64,000 bases of DNA, from NCBI GenBank assembly GCA_951406725.2, contig OX597818.1:29326001-29390000 (forward strand), written 5' to 3'. The stretch comes from Octopus vulgaris (taxonomy: Eukaryota). The translations under genes were made by a program, and so were the position numbers. Below are positions 54,361 through 64,000 of the stretch, in pieces. The first letter of the stretch is position 1. Each line of letters begins with the position of its first letter. The notes beneath the pieces were generated by a model. The model was not told the origin of the DNA and did no database searches. It saw only the letters and a list, made by a program, of their open reading frames with translations.

Positions 54361-54999
54361 GTAAGCATGATTATACTCAATCTATTAATGTAACTAAATA
54401 TATCTAGGGAGGTATTATCTGATACATGAGAATAAGAAAGAGAATGTACATACTTAGAACATGACAGAAAACTTAAATGTTTATCAGACATCCTGCTGAG
54501 TTTTAGAGACTGGTTCAGTGGCCTGTGATAAGTCCCAAATAATTTAAGGTGACATGAGATGAAGTACTACTATATACAGCACCATAACAGCTAAGAAATA
54601 AAATTATAAAAACTAGGTGAAAGTGAAGTATTATGCTGTACTAGAAAAGACTTAAAGGCCCAGTTCCTATGTAAACTTGGAGAAATCTATGTCAAAATAA
54701 GAGGAGCAGTATTTATGAAATATACTGAAAATATGGCACATATGTATATAAATATAGGTATAAATTTATGTTTGCAAGTATGTGTGTATATCTGGGCCTA
54801 TGCAAAATTACACCTGCTAAGTCATCATCTTCTGCTCCTTTTGCCAATTTCATGCTACCACCCTCCATTTCATCTCTTCTACTCACTGTTCCATGCTACC
54901 TATTAAAGGATTTGAAAACATTGGATCTGTGTATATTCAATATTTAGTACCCTTTTCTATATCTAACATCCATCCATATTATACTTCTCCCTTCTCTAA

Positions 55000-57160
55000 T
55001 TATCCATAGGTCCCAGCCTGAAAAATCCTCTGGAATAGACCAGTTGATTCTCATCAATTACCAGAGTTTCATTGAATGTTGTCACACTTACCCACCACTA
55101 ATTCTCTATAGAACACCAAAGTAAAACTTCCACCAACTGCATTGCCCAACTGACAGGAGACTGTGAGTGCCTGAAGACACTCTAAGTACTAGGTGCTCTG
55201 CTTTAGTCTACTCTTGATCCACAACCACAACTCAGTTAAAGAAATGAGCTTTGGAAGAGCAAATCTGACTAACAGCAACCCCACCTTCTCACTAGCAAGG
55301 AAGCATTGGGGTTGTCATAGCCTCAGTGCAAGTCTGTGTATCAGCAGCCACAACATGCCCAGTCGTCCATTCAGCAAGTATTGACAGCAAATGGAGTGCC
55401 TGACCAGTGGAGAATATCCCCTCCACAGAAAGCAGAAGAATATATTCTCCAGTTTGATCAGACATAAACTGGGGTGAGGCATGATGGTCAGGCAGTAATA
55501 TATGATGTAGGCAATATATGCATTCACCACCTCTGCCTGACCTTTCAGAAACAACTTTTTCTCAGCCCATTTCTGGGTGAGATTGGCCACCCTGCATTCA
55601 AAATGTAAAAGACCTTGGAAAAAATACTGCAACAGGATTTGTCCAATGCACCAGTGATTCTTCTCTATCTGGAGGTCCAGACCAAAACCCAAGTAATTTA
55701 ACTAGTCCCTCCATCCAACATCCCATGACATTATTGGATGGCATGGACTTGCCTCTCCAGACGCCAAACTTTAAGCCCACTGACTGCCCTCAGTTAATTT
55801 TCACTCCTGTTATTGCTTCATATTCTTTTAGAACAATGCCAATCAGGTTCGTGTTCAACACTATGACAGTGACATCATATGCATATGCTGACTCAGTTCT
55901 TCCACATCCTAGTTCACATTGGATGTTTCTCAATGCCTCCAGTTTCCACTGTAGTTGCCTTAGAGTCAATACATTCAGAAGAGATGAGAGGAGACACTCT
56001 TGGCAAGCCAAGTACATGGTGCTGAATAGTTCCAATAAGTAACCATTCACCTAATCTATTGAGCAGATGTCATTGTACATTGCAGCAATCCAACCATGGT
56101 AAATGGCACTGAAACTGGCCACCATGAGAATAGCCACCAAATATTGGTGGTCGATCCTATTATTGAAGGCTATTGAGAGATCCAAATTGATCAGTTGTCA
56201 CCCATGCCAGCTTCTTTATCTACTATGTCTATGATATATCACATAAGTGGAGGTTGTCATGGACAGATCTGCTTAAGATGGTACATGTTTGCACATCTCC
56301 AATCAGCTCCTTGACAACAAGCACCAACATTTTGCTAACACTTTGGCCAAAATTTTTTAATCTGCATTCAGCAGCATAATAGGCCTAAAATGTTCTATTT
56401 GATGCCCTTTGTTTGAGTCCTTGACCTACAGAACTAGGAATTCTCCCATTCTGCTGCTAGTTGTGGTAGATATATGCTAAGAGGCCACCAAACAAGTCGG
56501 GCATATGAAAGTAAATCTCATAGAGTAGGCCATCCAAACCAGGCAATTTGCCCCCCCCCCTCCCATGCAGCATCCATCATTGCATCTTGTGTTTCTGGGA
56601 CTGTTATCAGCCTTTTGTGATGTGATGCTCCACCTACCTTAGCAAGAGTTGTAGTATACCATCAAAGTAGGCACTGAAGATCCATCCTACATTCCAGACT
56701 GCTGTTCATCCCAATCGGCTGAGTAAAGTGCTGTTGAAATGCTGCAATCATCTGCTCATGTTCAAGTACCAAGCATCCATTTTGGTTCACCAAAAACCAA
56801 ATTGTGGCTTTGTTGCCACATTGTGCCTCTTCCACTGAGGCCTATCAGGTGGTTTTTGTTCCCTCATTTCTTAGAGCATGCATCTTAGCTTTGATAAGGC
56901 ATCCTTCATGCTTAGTGTTGAAGAACTGGTCCAGGGACAATCTCACCATGAGCACATCAGTTTCAGTGCCCTTCATAAGCACTTCTAAGTTATCCTCCAT
57001 TTTATTTCTTTCTGTTACTTATGCCTTACTAAACCTAATGGATTCTGCTCTAATTGCCCTTTTCAGAGCAAACTACCAATTGTTGTTGAGGACTGACTCC
57101 ATCAACGCCTGCTTAACTAATACACAGATCCAGTCTGTAGGTTTGGCACACCAAAAGTGA
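55000..57160 (-). mobile_element. Decayed L1/Tx1-clade LINE
   Basis: SAYAYDVTV (YADD), LKEYEAITGVKIN, KLLGFW, FFCFLWRG..NGRLGML. Confidence 0.75.
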
Positions 57161-58132
57161 TGCATTCAGCTTCCTATGAGGCCTATTTAGGTCAACTGTG
57201 CAGATTGCAAGTTTCTGGTCTGTGTAACTGACAATAGCTTTCAGCATTGTCATTGAGTGTTTTATTGTCTTTTCTTCCATACAGAATCTTAACTTTACTG
57301 TACCATACTTTCTTCCCCTGGTGACATAACTTTTAATAATCCAGACTGGTCTTAGACATTTTTCTTTGTCTTTTTCTGTGAACATTTTTCTATGCCTTTT
57401 TCTGTCATCTGTTCTAATTCTTTTATTTTAATAGTAATTTTTCTATAAGTAACAGTATTTGGTTTTGCCTTTTGTTGGACACAGAACAGGATTGTTAACT
57501 TTGTGTCTTTCTTGTTTCATTAACATGTATTTTGCTTGTTTTAATTTATCTACCTGGATAGTGATTTTTTTCTCTTGTATTCAGTGGACAATATTAGCAA
57601 AGGCAGTGATGGGTGAGTTGTCTGTTGTGTCTTCTAATTGTGGTGGCAGCAAAGGTGGAAAATGTTGGCGTGTTGGTCAGACAGTTTTAAATGCTCATAT
57701 CATTTTCACATTTTTGCTTCTGTAAAGGTTCTTGTTGATTTCATGTTCTTTCTCATTTGCTTAGTTATTGCTATTTTTAGTATTGTGGTTGTTATTGTTT
57801 TGATTGTCACTGACTGTGGTAGTAATAGTGGTGGTGCTAGTGATGCTGATTTGAGCCAATGGTGGGGAAGCTATATCAAAATTTTCTTTTTCTTTTTTTT
57901 TATCTTGTTTGAAAAGGGAAGATTTATGGTCAAAAGCTCTGCAAGTATTTTTTCAAATTTTTGTTGATTCAAAAGTTTACTCCAATATTTTTTTTGTATC
58001 ATCCTTCTGTAAGCTAACAAATCTTTGTGAAGTTAGCTTCATTCAATTTCAGCCCTTTGGTGTCTGAAACTGTTTATCATTTTCAGACTGACCATATTTG
58101 AAATAACAATAATAACAGTAATAACAATAATG

Positions 58133-58501
58133 ACAAGAGCACCCAGAGAGCACAAACCTCCACCAAGGCAACACCAACGTCCTCAAAACGATTAGCCGGA
58201 GATGATTTTTAAAATGAGAATATCTGAAATAAACTCAACTGCTCTCACAAACGAGAATACTAAAAATGAACCCAACCGCTCTCAAAAATTAAGTAAAAGA
58301 CAGGAAAAAATAATCCAGAATCCTTGCCCAGTACTGGATCAATCCCAAAAGTGAAATCAGTTCATGCCAGTCATGAGGCCAAACATCCCTGAAAGTTTCA
58401 TCCAAATCCATCCAGCGGTTCTTGAGATGTCTTGTTCACGGACAAACAAACAAACAAACATGACTGAAAACAATACCTCCGCCTTCGCTTAGGTGGAGGT
58501 C

Positions 58502-58503
<2 letters not shown>
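58133..58503. mobile_element. Helentron-associated (HINE/DINE-like) non-autonomous element followed by (AAT)n (58502-58625)
   Basis: Subterminal acctcc.cc at both ends, terminal hairpin acctccgcct..aggtggaggt, internal (CAAA)n. Confidence 0.55.
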
Positions 58504-58537
<34 letters not shown>

Positions 58538-58591
58538 GTAGTTGTAGTAGTAATAATAATAATAGTAGTAGTTATAATAATAATAATAGTA

Positions 58592-58626
<35 letters not shown>

Positions 58627-58779
58627 TCATACTTCTCAATCTTTCTCTCCATTAGTTTGTATGATCCTAAAATAAAAGGGGGAAAATAATGCAGTATTGC
58701 TAATTCCTACAATGTTTGTTTGTATTCATTGTGTTTAGGTAGTTACTGAAGAAATTAAAGGTACATGAATGACTACTGA

Positions 58780-59500
58780 GTGCCTCGCCACCCATGTAGA
58801 GAAGCTCAGTCAACAAGGTGAAAACCAGCAATGAGTTCAGTGATGAATCTAATGTGCATGTAGGGACTTATCAGAACTCAGTTCTCAGCCTTTCCTGCTT
58901 ATTACAGTCCTCCAAGTCATAACTGAGGAATTTGAGACCAGCTATCATTAGGAACTCTTGTATACTGATAGTTTAGCTCTTAACAGCAGAATCTGTTGAA
59001 AAACTGGAGCAGAAGTTCTAGACATGAAAGCTAAACCTAGAATTGAGGAACCTTATATTAAACTTTGAGAAAAACTAGCATTTTAGTAAGTAAGAAGGGA
59101 AGCAGGACCTTGATACCATCAGGAAAATTACCCATTCTCCATGCAGGAAAGGAATCAAGTGGAATTCTTTGATGTGAGCCTAGTGTAAAGTGTAAGCAAA
59201 GGACAAATGAGGTGTGGTGGGGTAATATATAGGTTAAAGTAGAAGATAAATTTCATATACAGAAGGATCATTAGAGAAACAAACACTGAAAAGCTCTCAG
59301 GATGTAAATTCTCTCTAATGCCCAGATGTCTCCTTAGAAGTAGCTGGTAACCTTTGTTACCAATCTGTCTTAACAACCAAATAGGTGTTCAGATTAAAAG
59401 TTCAGGGAGTTATTATCTTTGTTGGGAACAAAGGGCTTCTCTCCAAAAATGAAGGGCAAATTTTCTGATGTTGATATGCAGAGTCCAACACTACACACTT
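58780..59500 (+). mobile_element. Degenerate RTE fragment
   Basis: Similar to RT ..gtcctccaagtcataactgaggaatttgagacc..ctcttgtatactgat of other copies. Confidence 0.65.
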
Positions 59501-59696
59501 TTTTACTTAATTTATGTGATTTCCTAAGGTAAATGAGGAATATAATATAATATCACTAATTACTACTTATACTACTTTATATATGTAAGAAAGTGAACAT
59601 TTTTTATTAATATTTATCCTGGTGCTTTACATACTACATTAAAATATTTTAAATGTTATTTATAATTATGCCATTTTTTTTTTTAATTCCTTAAAG

Positions 59697-59747
59697 ATGT
59701 GGATGATTTTTATGCTAATGTCAATACACCAAGCATGAAACCTGATG
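59697..59747 (+). CDS. Array exon J (51 nt): DVDDFYANVNTPSMKPD (YxN)
   Basis: poly-T aattccttaaAG / GTAAAA, phase 1->1. Confidence 0.8.
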
Positions 59748-59807
59748 GTAAAACATGATTATATTCAATTCATTAATATAACTACATTCATTTAGCAAAG
59801 AGTAAAT

Positions 59808-60240
59808 CATCGTCATCGTTTAATGTCCATTTTCCATGTTCGCATGGGTTGGACGGTTTGACTGAGGACTAGCAAGCCACTAGGTTGCATTAGGCTCCAA
59901 TCTGATCTAGCAAGGTTTCTACAGCTGGATGCCCTTCCTAATACCAACCACTTCGACAGTGTAGTGGATGCTTTTTTATGTGCCACTGGCATTGGGAGCC
60001 AGTCAAGCAGCACCAGCATCAACCATGTTTGGATGGTGCTTTTTACATGCCACTGGTACAGATGCCAGTCAGGGGGCACTGACATCAACCACATTTGGAT
60101 GGTGCTTTTTATGTGCCACTGGCACGGGGAGCCAGTCAGGTAGCACTGGCATCGACTCACCCTAAATGGTGCTTATTACGTGCCACCAGCATGGGTGCCA
60201 GTCAGGTGGCACTGGCATTGGCCACAACTCCGATTTCCAT
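59808..60240 (-). mobile_element. RTE 3' end with ~59-bp tandem repeats
   Basis: ggatggtgcttttt.atgtgccactggca..agccagtcagg units; (CAT) tail. Confidence 0.8.
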
Positions 60241-60581
60241 TTTGATTTCCTGTGTAGAATAAGCAGCTTAATAATCCATGTATGAACGTATTTACATAAA
60301 ATTTTGAAAATTCCATTGCATATATAATAAACTTCTTGCAGGAATTCACATTAACTCTAATACTTTACACATTTATTAATTCTTACAAGTTCATAACTAA
60401 CATTCACTAGACAAGAAAATCAAAGTATTGAAGAGATTTACAATGGTGAATTTCACATCTTGAGCAACTACTGTTGTTGAGTACCCACCATCAGTCCTGC
60501 TTATGGACATCTCTAACATGAAAATGATGTTGAAAAATAGTGAACAGATTCTCTTAATGGTAATTTTAGCTCTTTTAAATA

Positions 60582-60722
60582 TTAGGTTGTCCCAAAAGTT
60601 CGTAAACACTTGCGAAAATTGAATTATTACTCACCAAGTACTAACAAAAACAACAAAAATTATTCCTCAAAATAAAGACCATTATTTTCCAAGACTTTCT
60701 ACGAACTTTTAGGACAACCTTA
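60582..60722. mobile_element. 141-bp mariner-type MITE
   Basis: TA|ttaggttgtcccaaaagttcgta ... tacgaacttttaggacaacctta|TA. Confidence 0.8.
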
Positions 60723-61032
60723 TATCTATAAAATATTTTAGTGAAAGGAATAGTAGATGGCAATACTAAATACTTGGACACATTCAATTTAGTCCTACTG
60801 CATTCTGAGCTCACATCCCATTGATATCAGTTTTGGCTTTCATCTTTCTCTGATCAACATAATAAATATCAATGGAATTCTAGATTGACTGTCTCCTAAT
60901 TTGTATGTACTGTGAAAAATTGCTATTTTTTAATGTTGTTTATATGATTGCTTTTCTTTTTGATAAGTTTGTATTAATAGTATGTTATGTTTACTATATT
61001 TTATATTCAACTGTTATATTCTAAATATCTAG

Positions 61033-61088
61033 AAACAGAAGATGGTAGCTTGAATGACAATTATGAAAGCAACAATCAAAGTAATGAG
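61033..61088 (+). CDS. Penultimate exon (56 nt, phase 1->0): ETEDGSLNDNYESNNQSNE
   Basis: ctaaatatctAG / GAG|GTAAAT; supplies the phase switch the last exon needs. Confidence 0.75.
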
Positions 61089-61435
61089 GTAAATCCATAA
61101 ATATATTTTAATTTTCTTTCATAGTGGTTATATTAAGATGTTATCTTGAAATAATTATTTAAAGATGTGTTTTTTACTGTCCTTTTCCTGAAGGTAGATA
61201 ATATTAGAGCAGTTGAGATAAGTTTAAATTATCCCTTCATATTGTTATTTTTGCATTTAGTACTGTATGTGAAATCAAACTGTGTTTTATTGATATTTCA
61301 TATTTCTTTAATAATGACATATTAAAATGTATACTTCTAATATGTTTAAATGTCTGCTTATAGATTTAAAAATGTACTAATATATAATTGCTTATACTTA
61401 TAGTTTGTCATTGTTCTTTTTTTAATTCAATCTAG

Positions 61436-61558
61436 CCTGAATCTGTCCAAGAATGTAACTATGCAGAACTTGAGTTTCTAAACAATCCTGGAACAAGCAA
61501 ACCAGCACCAAAACCTGTAGAAGAAACTATTTATGCTGATCTAATATTGGACAGTTAA
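61436..61558 (+). CDS. Terminal coding exon: PESVQECNYAELEFLNNPGTSKPAPKPVEETIYADLILDS* (ITIM/ITSM-like pair)
   Basis: ttctttttttaattcaatctAG acceptor, phase 0, 41 codons to TAA. Confidence 0.85.
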   Translation, partial: PESVQECNYAELEFLNNPGTSKPAPKPVEETIYADLILDS

Positions 61559-62660
61559 TCTAAATTTTTTGCCATTTTTTTAGACATGTTGATATATGTA
61601 CCAATTATAGCAACTCTACATTTTATTCACACTCTTAAACAGATGCTAGTAGTTTACGAAGTACAGATAATCAGAGTACTTCTTCCATTTATAAAACAGT
61701 GAACACTTCAACACTTCATTTACTTGTCCAAGAAGGAAAAAATCTTCTCAAGGCAAGCCTTCATTCACCAGTATGATCTTGTCCTTTGCCTATCACTGGT
61801 CTTTGTGCTCCTGTTTTTTTTACCTGTTTTTCGTAAACCATAACTACAATAGCTCTTCTGAGTGTGCTAACTTTATATTATTCCCACCCGAAACTCACAT
61901 TCCTCTTCTTTCCAATTCTATTGTGTCTCATCTACCATCAAATTTGATAGACACCAGCTACTTGTCTTCCTCTATTATTATGCATTCCCTTCAACTTGCA
62001 GCATTTTAAATTAACCAAGTGCCAATAATAACCCTTCAGATATACCATTCTCCCTATTCTAAAAGGTCTAAGAAGCTATTAACTGATATTTTTCTCTTTA
62101 CACAAACAAATATAGCCAAATATAAAGAAAACATTTAAATCTTTTACATCTTTTTTGTATCTGATACTCAAAAGCTTTATTTTTAAATAATTATTCAAAA
62201 TGTTTTTGATAATGTATTTTGTACTCCATAACCTTTTCTGGAAGAATGGATACCACAGTCCTTGGTACTGCTTAGCCTATTCAAACAATTTCAAATGTGA
62301 TAGCTATTGACTGTGGTTACACTGGTTTTGTGTATCAAAAATCATTTCTTTCTCTTTAGATATATTTGTCAGTATATCACTAGAAACAATACATGGAACT
62401 GCAATTATAGTACACTGTTACAAATATTTATTTTTGGTAAGATTTTTTTTTAAATGTATATTTTATAAAGTAACAAGTTTTCAATAGAGCTTTTGGTAGC
62501 ATTATAAGAACACAATACATTAAAGATTTTGGACAAGATTCTAGATATTATTTATGATTCAGATGTTCCTTTTCTATAAAGTGTGTTAAGTAATATACTG
62601 ATTTTTTTTAATGCAAATTATAATGTTTCCAAGATTGATACAACGATACACTCTTGTAAG

Positions 62661-62666
62661 AATAAA
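62661..62666 (+). promoter_or_regulatory. Candidate polyadenylation signal AATAAA
   Basis: Hexamer ~1.1 kb after the stop in largely repeat-free sequence; weak evidence in AT-rich DNA. Confidence 0.3.
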
Positions 62667-63421
62667 TAGCCGAGTGAATTAACCTCAGCACATGCCTTTA
62701 TAAAGTTATCCATTATAACATATTAGTCACTCTTAACAAGTAAGTGAAATCTTGTGAGCATTCCATGTAGATCTTTACCAGTTCTATAGATTTGGACTAA
62801 ATATCTAAAAATACCATTCCAGTAAGAGTTTCTATGTCATATGCAGCAACTGCATTGGCAAATTCTTATTCTTTTATGCTTATGGATGTCTACAAATAAG
62901 CATTTGCCAACATGGAAGGAAGGCGCTAAACAATGATGATTAATGAAGTAAATCCAGTTAAATTCTTGTTTCTTTGTTTTCCAATGTGAATCATTATAAG
63001 ACAAACACAATATGGCTGTTAATTTGTTTACTTTTGGCACTTATGAGAGTTTGTTCTCCAGTTGTCTATAACTAGGCAACAGTTATGACTAATTTTAATT
63101 TGTTGATGAAGTTATCTTTTTTGTTTTTTCTTGTTTTTTGTTGTTTATTTTATTCATAAAACTATATACTAATCAAATCTGTTTCTGATGGGGTTTGGAC
63201 CCTATTAAGTAAATTTTTTTCAAACCATTTCCAGTTTTTGAAATTTGTCTCATCAAATTTGAAGTCTTGATCTTATTGCAGAAATTCTATATTATTTACT
63301 TTTTGACTTTTTGATCATTTTGACATCTGAAGTGTGGCACGCTTGTGCATTTGTACAGGCAATGTTGATTTGATAGAGGGAGTGAATAACTATGCAGCAT
63401 AAATATTTAATTATTATAAAC

Positions 63422-63795
63422 AGGCATAGGAGTGGCTGTGTGGTTAGTACCTTGCTTATCAACCACATAGTTCCAGGTTCAGTCCCACTACATGGCATCT
63501 TGGGTAAGTGTCTTCTACTATAGCCTCGGGCTGACCAAAGCCTTGTGAGTGGATTTAGTAGACGGAAACTGAAAGAAGCCCATCATATATGTGTGTATGC
63601 ATGTATATGTTTGTGTCTCTGTATTTGTCCCCCCCCCCCAACATCACCTAACAACCGATGCTAGTGTGTTTGCATTCCCGTAACTTAGCAGTTCAGCAAA
63701 AGAGACTGATAAAATAAGTCCTGGGGTCGATCTGTTCGACTTAAAAGCGGTGCTCCAGAATGGCCACAGTCAAATGACAAACAAGTAAAAAGAAA
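63422..63795 (+). mobile_element. tRNA-derived octopus-type SINE
   Basis: Box A tggctgtgtgg, box B ggttcagtccc, body ttgggtaagtgtcttctactatagcctcggg..gacggaaactgaaagaagccc; related 3' half at ~11490-11705. Confidence 0.85.
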
Positions 63796-64000
63796 CCATT
63801 TGTGCAGCAAAAACTGAACATTCATATGTCATCTTCAATGGGAGATTCTATTGTATATATATATAGTAAGAGGAGGGATATAATATCTAGGCAGATACCA
63901 AATTTCTGTATGTAAAATTCCAAGGCTGGTTCCTTCAGATAATGCATTTTTGGTTAACTTCCTTTAATTCCCATCTGATGTTACAGTTTATTCCTTGGCT

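Larger units (their letters stand above)
39700..54700 (+). repeat. Tandem segmental array of ~0.9-1.8-kb exon-bearing units (outlier unit at ~59520-59800)
   Basis: Each unit repeats gagtgaatgtttttcattaatatt.gttctgatacttt..ttaattccttaaAG-[exon]-GTAAGC..ataattatattcagtcc; several carry the same decayed RTE fragment. Confidence 0.95.

Noticed and set aside
58739-58760. AG/GT-bounded 22-nt candidate exon
   Set aside because: TGA in the phase-1 chain frame and length not divisible by 3

Overview
AT-rich, microsatellite-laden animal DNA; the SINE, RTE and Penelope repeat families point to an octopod cephalopod (Octopus; inferred, not searched). Most track ORFs are microsatellite artefacts or decayed transposons: RTE, Tx1/L1, R4/Dong-like and Penelope retroelements, a Gypsy fossil, Tc1/mariner, pogo, Helitron/Helentron, SINEs and MITEs. 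There is one near-intact CR1-type LINE (45867-50324). The main signal is absent from the ORF track: a + strand host gene spread over about 61 kb. It has 14 phase-compatible exons (17-123 nt, 704 nt in total) plus 3 degenerate exon copies, read by eye from AG/GT splice sites. They splice into a ~234-aa low-complexity, tyrosine-motif-rich C-terminal tail: NAIY, YVNV, four LYAKVNKP, YANV, then a terminal CNYAEL...TIYADL ITIM/ITSM-like pair. The LYAKVNKP modules are symmetric phase-1 micro-exons amplified by tandem duplication, with live, tyrosine-less, truncated and dead copies. The N-terminal part of the gene lies upstream of the window, so calling it a receptor is an inference. Several Penelope-type minimal hammerhead ribozymes lie in or upstream of its introns.
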